NCBI GenBank assembly: GCA_038845975.1 | Contig: JAWBQF010000016.1 | Coordinates: 1-60,626 of the forward strand | Direction of reading: 5' to 3' | DNA length: 60,626 nucleotides | Source of the DNA: Candidatus Methanomethylicia archaeon | GTDB taxonomy: Archaea > Thermoproteota > Methanomethylicia > CALHIW01 | Shown: positions 38,312 to 48,841 of the stretch, in pieces | How the letters are laid out: each line of letters begins with the position of its first letter | How positions within the stretch are numbered: the stretch's first letter is position 1 | The notes under the pieces: model-generated | The model's database searches: none | What the model saw: the letters and a program-made list of their open reading frames with translations, nothing else | What the model was told of the DNA's origin: nothing | Position numbers and translations under genes: made by a program

Positions 38312-38781
38312 CAGCTGGTAGAGAGGAGTATATGATGGTTACAGATCCTAAAAACCCGAAATCAGCGATTGCTGGAACGTTTACTACAAATCCGTTAACT
38401 ATGGTGGCAGCATATGCAATGCTTAGGGAGATAGAAGTAGATAGTGATTTATACCTTAAACTAAACAGTACAACTGAAAAATTCATAGATAAACTTAGAG
38501 ATGTATTCACATCTAAAAACATTAATGTATTTATTGGATATGTTGGCTCAATATTCCAAATATACTTCACAGAAAAGGAAATAAGAAACTATAGAGATAC
38601 AGTTCAAATCAATAAGAACATGTATAAGACATTCTTCACATCCCTCCTCCTGAAGGGAGTATTCACTTCACATAGCCCATACGGTAGATGGTATACATCA
38701 ACAGCTCACACATGGAAGGAATACGATGAAACCATAGCTAAAACTGAAGACATCCTAAAAGATTTAAAAACAATGAAGTAA
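38312..38781 (+). pseudogene. C-terminal fragment of a class III aminotransferase
   Basis: AGREEYM..AGTFTTNPLTMVAA..GSIFQIYFT..STAHT; the N-terminal two thirds, including the PLP lysine, are missing; adjacent to IS6. Confidence 0.8.
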
Positions 38782-39239
38782 CTACATAACCCCACAACAA
38801 ATCCTAACCATCAAAAGCAATATAACTCAGCCATAACATACCATACATTATTTCCACGATTCACTCTATAGCTTAATTATAATTCTACATGATATAACTA
38901 CATCTTAATACATGAAGAGATTTTAATAGTATTGAATAGACTTCATCATTCTAGTTGGTAACTATGCTTGAATAGATTTAAAACCGTATCTCTCATGGTA
39001 GATATTATGGCTTAGACTGAGAACTCATCTGAAAACTCTTTAAATGTTGTTAAGACTTAATTAGGTTAATAATTTAACTATAAATTAATTATGGAGTTTT
39101 CAGGCAGACTCTGAAATTATTGAAGCTAGTAAGCTAGTTTTCAGCTTATATTGCTAGATCGACACTAATGATTATTAATGTTAATAATTCATTCTAGAAG
39201 TTAAAATCTTATAAGTCGGATACTATAGAGTAGTATCGT

Positions 39240-39818
39240 ATGGTTAGGTTTAACTGTAGGATGGATGGTCAGTGCTGTAAGATTTACTGGGTTCCTTTAA
39301 CACATCTTGATGTTTTCCGTATTGTATATTATGGTGATTTTAAACCTGAAATATTTATAAAGCCTCATACCGGTTCTTCAAGTAGTGTTCCATCCATTAA
39401 GACTAAGAGGAGGGAGTATTGTTTAGCATTGAAGCAGAATATGGGTGGATGCGTATTCCTACTCGATAATGGTAAATGTGCTATTCATGAGTTTAAGCCG
39501 TTAACATGTAGGTTTTATCCATTCATGTATGTGACGAGGAATGGTAGAGTTGTCGATATTGATGTTTACAGTAAGGCTTTAGGTAGATGTCCAGGATTAA
39601 TAATGGATAGAAACCCTATTGATACAGATTTAAAAAAGAAACTATTAGTATTAGCAAATGTAAGATTGACTGAAATAAGGCTTTACCGTGAAGCCATCCG
39701 TATTCTCCTAGATGAGTTTAACGGTAATCCATCAATTGAGGAAGCTATTGAATTCCTACTTGACAAAGCTAGAAAGGACTACCATATGCTTAGTATAAGT
39801 AAGCTATGGATAAAATAA
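39240..39818 (+). CDS. YkgJ-family cysteine-cluster protein
   Basis: FNCRMDGQCC, CVFL..GKCAIHEFKPLTCRFYPF and CPG motifs. Confidence 0.88.
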   Translation: MVRFNCRMDGQCCKIYWVPLTHLDVFRIVYYGDFKPEIFIKPHTGSSSSVPSIKTKRREYCLALKQNMGGCVFLLDNGKCAIHEFKPLTCRFYPFMYVTRNGRVVDIDVYSKALGRCPGLIMDRNPIDTDLKKKLLVLANVRLTEIRLYREAIRILLDEFNGNPSIEEAIEFLLDKARKDYHMLSISKLWIK

Positions 39819-39824
39819 TTAGGA

Positions 39825-40256
39825 CTATGGTATTTTAGCATTGCTAAATACTGCTTCAGCGTAGCTTCTAAATCCCTCATAGACTCTAACCTTTACCTTC
39901 AAGTTTAGTTCTCTACCAATTTCTCTAGCTATGTTTAAAGCAATATATTCTGTTGTTGCAGCAGGTCCATTAACAGTTTTTATCTTAACTTTAAACGGTC
40001 CCTCAATTCTGATCTTATCTAGATCTGGTTCAGGTATAAGTATGCTATGGTCCCATTCATCAAGAACCCTTTTCACAATTACTTTAACAAGCTCAAAATC
40101 AATAACCATACCTGTCTCCCTACTAATTTCACCTTCAACTTCAACATCAACTCTAAATGTATGACCATGAATATTAAGGCATTTCTCAGTTATACCTGTA
40201 GTATAGTGTGCAGCATCGAAACTAAATCCTTCAATACCTATTCTCATTGAAACCAT
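39825..40256 (-). CDS. queD: 6-carboxytetrahydropterin synthase / PTPS family
   Basis: FDAAH, C-L-N-I-H-G-H, GMVIDF, DH and TTEYIA motifs. Confidence 0.88.
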   Translation of the reverse strand: MVSMRIGIEGFSFDAAHYTTGITEKCLNIHGHTFRVDVEVEGEISRETGMVIDFELVKVIVKRVLDEWDHSILIPEPDLDKIRIEGPFKVKIKTVNGPAATTEYIALNIAREIGRELNLKVKVRVYEGFRSYAEAVFSNAKIP

Positions 40257-40314
40257 AATACTATATAGATAAATACTTTTAAACTTAGCTATACAATCCC
40301 AATTCTAGTATGGT

Positions 40315-41217
40315 TTAATCCTCAGTAGCCCAATTCCTAATTTCAGATGGTTTAACAGGATATGTTTCATAGAGTTCCTTTCTTCTAGCTTCAAGCATAT
40401 TTAAATTTTTTCCAATATATTCAGCTGATGTTAAAATCTTGATTTTCCTATTTTCAGCCTTACTAATTACTTCTACTATCTTATCCCTCCATGTAAGATC
40501 TCTTAATAGGTGATGGTCTAAAATCATGTAATTTACATCAGTATCTATGAGTCTTAATAGATTTCTTACTGAGGCCTTTAGGCTTTCAGTAGGGTATCTA
40601 TATCCAAGCATGTATGTCATAGGTCCATCAATCATAACTACTCTAGGATTTTTCTCAATTATAAACGATAATTGATCATCTATACTTGGCCCTTCAACAT
40701 CGCTTGAATATAGGAAGCTTTCTAATCCATTCTCTACATAAACCTCCACTACATAACCTAGCTTAGAATCTATACCGTGAAATACTGCTTTAGAAATTTC
40801 CAGCTTAGTTTCTCCTACATGTATTCTAAATCCCTCAGCAACCTCTACCCTTCTAGGTATTCCTCTAATTTGCTTTAGAAAGAATTGAGCTCTTCCCTTC
40901 TGACTATAGTTTATATTGTTAACTGGATCCTTTACTATAAGGATTTTATCTCTAAATATTTCAAGATCATTCCATGGATTATGATGGTCATAATGGTAAT
41001 GAGTAATAACAATTATATCCGCCTTCCCAGTATACTCTACTATTGTTTTCCAGTCGCTTTCCAGCTTCTCCCACTCTAATGGATGTGGTGGTAGCCCATA
41101 TCTATATGGACCTAAAGCTACACCAGGATCAATCATAATCTTTAAGTCTCTTGTTTCAATAAATGTAGCCATACTCCTAGCTCCCATAGAATCCGAACTT
41201 AAAGGTATTATTTTCAT
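40315..41217 (-). CDS. UPF0282 metallo-beta-lactamase-fold hydrolase
   Basis: SMGARSMAT, IDPGVALGP.RYGLPPHP, THYHYDHH and DHHLLRD motifs. Confidence 0.88.
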   Translation of the reverse strand: MKIIPLSSDSMGARSMATFIETRDLKIMIDPGVALGPYRYGLPPHPLEWEKLESDWKTIVEYTGKADIIVITHYHYDHHNPWNDLEIFRDKILIVKDPVNNINYSQKGRAQFFLKQIRGIPRRVEVAEGFRIHVGETKLEISKAVFHGIDSKLGYVVEVYVENGLESFLYSSDVEGPSIDDQLSFIIEKNPRVVMIDGPMTYMLGYRYPTESLKASVRNLLRLIDTDVNYMILDHHLLRDLTWRDKIVEVISKAENRKIKILTSAEYIGKNLNMLEARRKELYETYPVKPSEIRNWATED

Positions 41218-41415
41218 TAATCGTTAATGAAATATACTGAAATAAATATTTTCCTATAAAATATAACTTCTAGAAGCTAATGGTTTAATGACGGGCTCAT
41301 ATTTTGCTTAATACTATGACAATGATTCCTTCAGAATCAATTATTAGTAACTTAATTAACTCACGTTTAAAACTTATGTAAATACTAGCGTAAAATTATT
41401 ATGTATCTTTAATTT

Positions 41416-42606
41416 TTGGATTTTATGTCTCTTCCTAAATGGATAAGTGAGGTTAGGTCTAGAATCCCTCTTCTAAATAGGTATAGCGCATATCTTGATA
41501 ATGCGGGTGCTGGACCTATAACTATTGATGTCTACAATGCTATGAGGGATTTTCTAGACCTTTATGTTAATAATGGTGAGCCATGGGATGATGTTCTCGT
41601 AAAGGTTTATGAGAATAGAAAGCTATTTGCGGAGCTCATAGGAGCTGAAGCTGATGAAATTGCTATTGTTTCAAACGTTTCAACAGGATTAGCTATGATT
41701 GCCGCTTCAATACCTTTTAAGGGTAGGGTTGTTGTTAGTCCTTTAAATTTCCCTACAGATATTTATCCATGGCTTACATTGAGAAATAAGGGATTAATTA
41801 GTGAAGTTGTATTTGTAAATCCTGTAGGCGGATATGTACCTTTAGAGGAGTATGAGAAGGCAATAAACGATAATACTGTAGCTGTAGTTGTAGATTATGT
41901 TTCATGGATAACAGGATATAGGGAGAATATTAGAGAGATAGCTAGAATAGCTCATGAGCATGGAGCCATAATAATCTCCGATTCATTCCAAGCATTAGGG
42001 GTAATTGATATTAATGTTAAATATGAAGGTATAGATGTTCTAGTATCTGGACTTTACAAGTGGCTTATGGGTCCGCATGGAATCGCATACATATACGTTA
42101 ATAGGAAATCTCTAGATACCTTAACACCAGCAGTTTTAAGCTGGCATGGAGTTAGAGATAACGTAGTTAAGAGGAAAATCAATGGGTGGAGTAATGTTTT
42201 CAGTTCTCCATTCAATATATTTAATGCTGAGCCTTCTAAGGATTCTTCAAGATTTGAAATGGGGACATGGACTGAAATATCGCTTTACGGTGGTAAGGCA
42301 GCATTAGAGTTTGCATTAAAACATGAAATGCCTAAGAAATACACGTATACGGAGAAGCTTATAGATGAATTAATAGATGGCTTAACGGATTTAAACTATG
42401 AAGTTATAACTCCACGTAGTAGTAAGGCTGGAATAGTTGTTTTTAAAACTGGAAAACATGATTTAATTAGAAACAATCTAAGTAGGAGAGGAATTGAAGT
42501 TTCATCAAGACCTGGAACTATAAGAATATCACCGCACTTCTACAATACCATGTATGAAATTGATCTCCTTCTTAATACAATAAGGGAAATAAATCCTAAT
42601 TCATAG
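41416..42606 (+). CDS. Class V PLP-dependent enzyme (SufS/kynureninase-like fold)
   Basis: YLDNAGAG, DSFQALG, YKWLMGPHG and RISPHFYNT motifs; the protein has no Cys, so it is not a cysteine desulfurase. Confidence 0.85.
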   Translation: MDFMSLPKWISEVRSRIPLLNRYSAYLDNAGAGPITIDVYNAMRDFLDLYVNNGEPWDDVLVKVYENRKLFAELIGAEADEIAIVSNVSTGLAMIAASIPFKGRVVVSPLNFPTDIYPWLTLRNKGLISEVVFVNPVGGYVPLEEYEKAINDNTVAVVVDYVSWITGYRENIREIARIAHEHGAIIISDSFQALGVIDINVKYEGIDVLVSGLYKWLMGPHGIAYIYVNRKSLDTLTPAVLSWHGVRDNVVKRKINGWSNVFSSPFNIFNAEPSKDSSRFEMGTWTEISLYGGKAALEFALKHEMPKKYTYTEKLIDELIDGLTDLNYEVITPRSSKAGIVVFKTGKHDLIRNNLSRRGIEVSSRPGTIRISPHFYNTMYEIDLLLNTIREINPNS

Positions 42607-42667
42607 AGATTTAGCTTAGAAGCTGATAGCAACTAACTTGAATAAATTAAGTAATTTTAGGATTCGA

Positions 42668-43852
42668 CTATGAAATTTTAACCTCTTCCCATAAAGCATC
42701 AAGCTTTCTCTTCTCCTCCTCTGTTAGCATTGGTAGGAACCATAGCTTTCTTCTAATTTCATCTGGTGGATATACTGCTGGCTCATTTAAGATATCCTCT
42801 GGGATGAAGACTTTAGATGCTGATACTGGGTTTGCATATCCTATATATGTTGAGTTTATAGCTTCAACTACTGGGTCGAGAAGAAAGTTTATGAATTCAT
42901 GTGCTGTAATTGGATGCTGTGAATCTTTAGGTATACATAGATTATCAGTCCACTTAGTTCCTCCCTCTTCTGGAACTCTATACTTTACCTTATCCTTAGT
43001 TTCCGGTTTATCACTCCATAAACGCATTATATCCCCATTGTATGAATGAGCAACGTAAATAGCTCCGCTTGAAAGCCCCTCATAATATACACTTGTCCCA
43101 GCATAGGCAGCTATATACTGTTTCTGTCTCTTAAGGACTTCCTTAACTTCCTCTAGAGTTTTATCACTCCAATCATTAATGTTTCTTCCAAGAAATACTT
43201 TACATGAAACCACGACTTCTAAAGCTTCTTCAAGCATTGTTATTTTCCTCTTATACTTTTCAAGAAATCCAGCGTTAGGATCGAAAATTTGCCTCAGACT
43301 TACTACTCCTTCAGGAACTAGATCACTTCTCCATGCAAATCCTGTTGTACCCCACATATAGGTTATACTATGTCTATTTCCGGGATCGAAGGGTGGATTT
43401 TTAAACTCCTCATCTACAAATTTAAAGTTTGGAATTAAGCTTAAATCTATTTCTTTCAGTAAATTTCTTTTAATAGCGTAATGTACACAGTAGTCAGGTA
43501 AGATAATTACATCGTAGCCGCTTCTTCCAGCTTCAAGCTTTGCTAACGGTTCAGCAGGATCCTCGAAAACATCATATACTATTTCCCCTCTAGATATTCC
43601 GGTCTTTCCTGCAAAAACATCTAGGAGAGCTTCATTTATATAGTATGACCAATTATAAATATTAATCTTCCCCTCGAAAGTAGGCTTAATCTTTAAGCTT
43701 TTCAACTCCTCAATCTCCCTCATTAACTCTACTATTCTTGCCTGATTTATTGATGAACCTAAAAACCATCCAGCACCATAGCCTAAAGCAAATCCTACAG
43801 CTCCTGTAATAGCTACTTTAAGAAAACTTCTTCTACTAACTTTATCACTCAC
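42668..43852 (-). CDS. potD: Spermidine/putrescine ABC transporter substrate-binding protein with Tat signal
   Basis: SRRSFLK twin-arginine motif; NIYNWSYYI, YMWGTTG, YNGD and PEEGG..WTDNLCIP motifs. Confidence 0.9.
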   Translation of the reverse strand: MSDKVSRRSFLKVAITGAVGFALGYGAGWFLGSSINQARIVELMREIEELKSLKIKPTFEGKINIYNWSYYINEALLDVFAGKTGISRGEIVYDVFEDPAEPLAKLEAGRSGYDVIILPDYCVHYAIKRNLLKEIDLSLIPNFKFVDEEFKNPPFDPGNRHSITYMWGTTGFAWRSDLVPEGVVSLRQIFDPNAGFLEKYKRKITMLEEALEVVVSCKVFLGRNINDWSDKTLEEVKEVLKRQKQYIAAYAGTSVYYEGLSSGAIYVAHSYNGDIMRLWSDKPETKDKVKYRVPEEGGTKWTDNLCIPKDSQHPITAHEFINFLLDPVVEAINSTYIGYANPVSASKVFIPEDILNEPAVYPPDEIRRKLWFLPMLTEEEKRKLDALWEEVKIS

Positions 43853-43996
43853 AACTGTAATCTAATATCGAAATATATAAACTTTATGAAATTTAAACTA
43901 TAAGTATTATTTACAAATATATGATTCTGAACGTTAATATTCTAAGATATTGAATATTGTTGGTTATAAGCTTACTACTGATGTCAACCATCTTAG

Positions 43997-44764
43997 TTAT
44001 CTCTTAATCATTTTTACGTAAAGGTATGATAGAGTTATTGATATTACTAGCATTAAGCTTGTTAATGCATTAAGCTCCGGACTTACTCCTCCCCTAGCTG
44101 ACTGAGACCATATTACTAGAGGTATGGTTTGGAATCCTGGTCCTGTAGTAAAAACTGTTTTTATGAAGTCATCCCATGAAAGAGTGAAGGATAATAGCAT
44201 ACTTGCAATTATTCCAGGTGCTGATAGTGGTAGTGTTATCTTTATGAATGTCTGGAGTCGATTAGCTCCTAGAGTCATAGATGCTTCCTCGAGAGATCTA
44301 TCAAATCCTGCTAGTCTAGCTTTAGAAACTACGAATACAAAGGATATACTGAATGCAGTATGACCTATTAGTACGGATATGAATCCTAATGGAAATGATA
44401 GAAGATTATAGAATAGGAGTAGTGATAATGCTTCAGTTATTTCAGGTATTATTATTGGGATGTAGAAGATAGATTCTATACTGGATTTAAAAGCTGTATT
44501 GGCTCTCACCAATCCGTATGCAGATATAAAACCTAGAATAACAGATATTAATGCACATAGTATAGCTACTAATAAGCTATTACTGAATGCTTTCCATACA
44601 GTACTGTTTTGAAGTAGGGATTCATACCATCTCGTAGTGAATTTAAAGCTTGACAACCCTCCATACTCGTTAAAAGATGATAAAACCACAATAGCTATAG
44701 GAGCATACAGGAATAGAAGTATTGCTATGGTATGTATCTTCATTAAATTATCTGTTAAACTCAT
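43997..44764 (-). CDS. potC: Polyamine ABC transporter permease
   Basis: FLYAPI..SFN, LEEASMTLGA and FTLSWDDF motifs. Confidence 0.9.
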   Translation of the reverse strand: MSLTDNLMKIHTIAILLFLYAPIAIVVLSSFNEYGGLSSFKFTTRWYESLLQNSTVWKAFSNSLLVAILCALISVILGFISAYGLVRANTAFKSSIESIFYIPIIIPEITEALSLLLFYNLLSFPLGFISVLIGHTAFSISFVFVVSKARLAGFDRSLEEASMTLGANRLQTFIKITLPLSAPGIIASMLLSFTLSWDDFIKTVFTTGPGFQTIPLVIWSQSARGGVSPELNALTSLMLVISITLSYLYVKMIKR

Positions 44765-45591
44765 ATCTCTATTCCACCTATCTTCTTAACATATACTATT
44801 AGCATTGCAAGTATTATGAATATGTATATTATTGATAGTGCAGCTCCCCTCCACCAGTTATGGAATTTAAGAAATAAATCCCAAGTAAGAGTTCCAATAG
44901 TAGTTACCGATACGCCTCCGAGCATATATGGAACTATAAACTCTCCAGTTGCCGGTACGAATACTAGAATACATCCAGCAATTATTCCCTGTAGTGATAA
45001 TGGTAATGTTACTTTAAGAAATGTTTTAGTAGGGCTAGCTCCAAGAGTATATGAAGCTTCAAGAAGAGACCTATCAAGCTTTTCAAGATTTACATATAAT
45101 GGAAGAATCATAAATGGGAGATAATCATAGATCATTCCAATAACTACTGCATGATATGTGAAAAGCATATTTAAAGATGAAAGTATAGTCATAAGCGCAT
45201 ATGTTCTAAGTAGGAAACTAATCCAGTAGGGAAGTATAACCGCAATCATTAATAGATTCCTCAACTTATATGATGCTTTCAATGCAATATAGTAGGCCAC
45301 AGGGTAAGCTATGATTAAACATGAAATTGTTGTTATTGCAGCTATATATAAACTGTTTGCAACTACTTTTAAATATAATGGGTTTAAAGCTTCAATAAAA
45401 TAGCTTAATGTAGGAGCTATATTGATAACCCTCTCACGTCCTATAATTCCAATACTGTATAGGAAAGCTATTATGAATGGAATATAGAAGAAGATAGCTA
45501 GGAAAACTAGAGGGGGAAATAGGAGGAATAGTGAAGTTCCATGAAGCCCTATACGGCTTAAAATCTTCATTTTAATCTTCAAAAATTCCAA
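44761..45591 (-). CDS. potB: Polyamine ABC transporter permease
   Basis: LPYWISFLLRTYA, YLPFMILPLY..LEKLD and LLEASYTLGA motifs. Confidence 0.9.
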   Translation of the reverse strand: MEFLKIKMKILSRIGLHGTSLFLLFPPLVFLAIFFYIPFIIAFLYSIGIIGRERVINIAPTLSYFIEALNPLYLKVVANSLYIAAITTISCLIIAYPVAYYIALKASYKLRNLLMIAVILPYWISFLLRTYALMTILSSLNMLFTYHAVVIGMIYDYLPFMILPLYVNLEKLDRSLLEASYTLGASPTKTFLKVTLPLSLQGIIAGCILVFVPATGEFIVPYMLGGVSVTTIGTLTWDLFLKFHNWWRGAALSIIYIFIILAMLIVYVKKIGGIEI

Positions 45592-46657
45592 TTATATCCT
45601 GTTTATTCCATCCTATAGCTACATTCATTCCTTCCTCAAGCCCTAAATTCTCAATATCTACAACTGGAACTAGACATTTCAGAAATGTATCCTCTGAAAC
45701 TTTTACTTTAACGTATACGTAGCTACCAGTATATATTTTCTCCTCAATCTCTCCCTTATATATGTTATCTAATCCTTCAAGACTTAATCCAATCCTTATT
45801 CTTTCAGGCCTAATAGATAATACTGCTCTTCCATTTAGACTTGTATTTACTCTAGGTATCTTTACATATCCGAAGCTACATACAAATACTTCATCACCGG
45901 CAAGCTTACCATTAATAAAGTTTGCTTCCCCTATAAATGAAGCTACAAACCTATTTTTAGGCTTCCCATAGATTTCAGATGGACTTCCAATCTGTTCTAT
46001 TCTTCCATTGTTCAATACTGCTATTCTATCAGACATTATTAAGGCTTCCTCCTGATCATGAGTAACATAGATGAAAGTTGTTCCTACAGTTCTCTGAAGT
46101 CTTTTAAGCTCAAGCATCATATGCTGTCTCAGTTTAAAATCTAGAGATCCTAAAGGCTCATCTAATAGTAGAACCTTAGGCTCCATAACCAATGCTCTAG
46201 CTATAGCAACTCTTTGCTGCTGTCCTCCACTTAACTGATTAATTCTTCTTCCAGCATATATTTCAGCTGGAAGATTTACGATTTCCAAGTATTCCTTCAC
46301 CCTCCTTCTAATCTCGTTTTCAGGTATCTTCATAATTCTTAAGCTGTAAGCTATGTTTTCGAAGACTGTTAAGTGAGGGAATAGAGCTAAATGCTGGAAA
46401 ATCATTCCAACCCTTCTTCTATATGGTGGTAGAAAGGTTACATCAACACCTTTTATCTTCACCAATCCATCATCAGGCTTCACTAATCCAGCAATTATTC
46501 TAAGAATAGTGGTTTTACCTGAGCCGCTAGGTCCAAGAATAGAGAAGAATTCATTACTTTCTACATTTAGAGAAATATTAGAGAGAACCGGAGTATTACC
46601 GTATTTCTTAGTGATATTTATTAACTCTACATCATACTCCAATTTCCAGATCACCAT
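45572..46657 (-). CDS. potA: Polyamine ABC transporter ATPase
   Basis: GPSGSGKT, LSGGQQQR, LLLDEP and YVTHDQEEA motifs; TOBE tail. Confidence 0.92.
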   Translation of the reverse strand: MVIWKLEYDVELINITKKYGNTPVLSNISLNVESNEFFSILGPSGSGKTTILRIIAGLVKPDDGLVKIKGVDVTFLPPYRRRVGMIFQHLALFPHLTVFENIAYSLRIMKIPENEIRRRVKEYLEIVNLPAEIYAGRRINQLSGGQQQRVAIARALVMEPKVLLLDEPLGSLDFKLRQHMMLELKRLQRTVGTTFIYVTHDQEEALIMSDRIAVLNNGRIEQIGSPSEIYGKPKNRFVASFIGEANFINGKLAGDEVFVCSFGYVKIPRVNTSLNGRAVLSIRPERIRIGLSLEGLDNIYKGEIEEKIYTGSYVYVKVKVSEDTFLKCLVPVVDIENLGLEEGMNVAIGWNKQDIIGIFED

Positions 46658-46937
46658 CAGAGAAATAGTTCAATACCAAAATAGATTTTAATTTGTAACT
46701 ATACATTACCAGCATCCATGCTGGCAACTTTGATAAACACCAATCTCTATCATAAAACTGGATTAATAAATTTTTCCCCTCAAACTAAGAGTAAATTTAA
46801 GTTAAACCTAGCTAAAACCATTTCCTGTCATGGACTGGTAAGCAATACTTAACATTCCAATTTTAAACTATAACTAATTAGCTTCTAAATTAAGTTTTAA
46901 ATAGATAAGTTTTTAAACTTCTCAGTAAGCAGTCATT

Positions 46938-47969
46938 ATGAAGCCTCATAGTGGAGGAAATGAAAACCCGTATCTTACTAGGAAGCTGGAAGCTATTGAG
47001 GTTAAAACTCCTAAAACTATTTCCCAATTACTATCTGAAATGTCTAAGACAGGTTTTCAGGGGAGGAAGCTTGGCGAAGCTATTGAGACCTGGCTTGAAA
47101 TGTTGAGAAGTAGAGATTTAACAATTATAATGGGTTTAGCAGGATCTATGAGTACTACAGGTCAATGGAAGATTATTAAGTGGTTAATAGAGAGAAGATA
47201 TATAGATGTTCTTATCTCTACAGGTGCTAATATCTCTGAGGATATACAGGATTCACTTCATGGATATTATCAGGGACATTGGCTTGTAAATGATGAAGAA
47301 TTGTTTAAGTACGGTGTATTTAGATACTATGATGTTTTTACTGATGGATTAAAATATAGAAAAATAACTGAGCTTATAAGGGAATTCATAAATACTCTAA
47401 GAGACAACTATCCATACTCATCTAGGGAGTTCTGTATGCTTTTCGGTAAGTTCCTATATGAGAGAAATATAGATTCTATACTGGCTACAGCATATAAGCA
47501 TAAAGTACCTGTCTTCAGCCCAGCTATTGTAGATAGTGAATACGGTATAGCAGCAGTACTAAGTAGAAGAATAGATAAGAGAAATATTATTGTTGATCAG
47601 ATGAAGGATTTCGATGAACTAACTGAAATAGGATTAAGAAATAATGAGACAGGAGTAATATATATTGGTGGTGGAGTACCTAAAGACTTTGCACAGCTAC
47701 TAACAGCAATTATAGGTATACTTAAAGGAGGTAAGTTAGAGTACCCGCATAAATACGCTATCCAAATAACAACGGATGCACCTCACTGGGGTGGGCTTTC
47801 AGGTGCTACTTTCGAGGAGGCTATAAGCTGGGGTAAGGAAGCTAAGAGTGGAAGGAATACTCAATGCTACTGTGATGCAACTATAGCTTTACCAATAATT
47901 GCTCAAGTACTAGCTGAAAGAATTGATAGAAGAGAGAATTATCCTGATTTCTCATGGCTTTTCATCTAG
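46938..47969 (+). CDS. Deoxyhypusine synthase family protein (DHS-like)
   Basis: TGFQGRKL, STGAN, IGGGVPKD, QITTD.P.WGGLSGAT..EAISWGK and DATIALP motifs. Confidence 0.9.
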   Translation: MKPHSGGNENPYLTRKLEAIEVKTPKTISQLLSEMSKTGFQGRKLGEAIETWLEMLRSRDLTIIMGLAGSMSTTGQWKIIKWLIERRYIDVLISTGANISEDIQDSLHGYYQGHWLVNDEELFKYGVFRYYDVFTDGLKYRKITELIREFINTLRDNYPYSSREFCMLFGKFLYERNIDSILATAYKHKVPVFSPAIVDSEYGIAAVLSRRIDKRNIIVDQMKDFDELTEIGLRNNETGVIYIGGGVPKDFAQLLTAIIGILKGGKLEYPHKYAIQITTDAPHWGGLSGATFEEAISWGKEAKSGRNTQCYCDATIALPIIAQVLAERIDRRENYPDFSWLFI

Positions 47970-48023
47970 AACAATCTACTAATTTTAAACTTAGATTTAT
48001 ATTTCTAAACTACTTGTAGCTAT

Positions 48024-48767
48024 ATGGTTGAATTGCTTAACAAAACAAATATAGCTTTAAGTAGAGACCTATACGTAGTAGTACTTACTGGAGCAGGTAT
48101 ATCTGCTGAAAGCGGGGTTCCAATATTTAGAGGGAAGGGATCCATGTGGGAAAATCCTGTTGCAAGAGAGCTTGCTTTACGTGCTCATCCTCCATGGAAT
48201 AATAGAGGTACATGGGAGTTCTACGAATGGAGAAGACAGCTTGTTGCTAAATGTAGGCCTAATGCTGCTCACTATACTCTTGTAGAGATGGAGTCCTTTT
48301 TTAAAGGATTTTGTTTAATAACCCAAAACGTAGATGGACTTCATAGATTAGCTGGAAGTAGAAACATAATTGAGCTTCATGGAAACATGTGGAAGGGAAG
48401 ATGTTTAAGAGATGGGGAAATAGTTGATTTACCTGAAACCCCATTAAAATCTATTCCTCCACTTCATTCATGCGGTGAAGCTTTAAGACCGCATGTAGTT
48501 CAGTTTGGAGAACCTGTTTTAGGTTTCGATAGGGCATTAAGAGAAACTATGAAGGCCGACTTGTTCCTCGTTATAGGTACTTCAGGTATTGTCTCTCCAG
48601 CATGTGAGCTACCATTAATAGCATTAAGAAGAGGAATTAAAGTCATAGAAATCAATCCTGAGGAAACAGTTTTAACACCTTACGTAACAGTATCAATAAG
48701 GGGAAGAGCTGCTGAAGTATTACCTAGGATTTGGAGGGAGTTTTGGAGGAATCTACATAGCATGTAG
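48024..48767 (+). CDS. cobB: NAD-dependent deacylase, sirtuin family
   Basis: TGAGISAESGVP.FRG, TQNVDGLH, ELHGN, RPHVVQFGE and GTSG motifs. Confidence 0.92.
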   Translation: MVELLNKTNIALSRDLYVVVLTGAGISAESGVPIFRGKGSMWENPVARELALRAHPPWNNRGTWEFYEWRRQLVAKCRPNAAHYTLVEMESFFKGFCLITQNVDGLHRLAGSRNIIELHGNMWKGRCLRDGEIVDLPETPLKSIPPLHSCGEALRPHVVQFGEPVLGFDRALRETMKADLFLVIGTSGIVSPACELPLIALRRGIKVIEINPEETVLTPYVTVSIRGRAAEVLPRIWREFWRNLHSM

Positions 48768-48841
48768 TTATATACTTGTATTAAAGCGGTAATCCATATA
48801 TATTGGCTTCCTAATAAGCTATAGGGGAGCTATCTCTTTGC

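Noticed and set aside
41416-42606. Cysteine desulfurase call
   Set aside because: The translated protein contains no cysteine to form the persulfide
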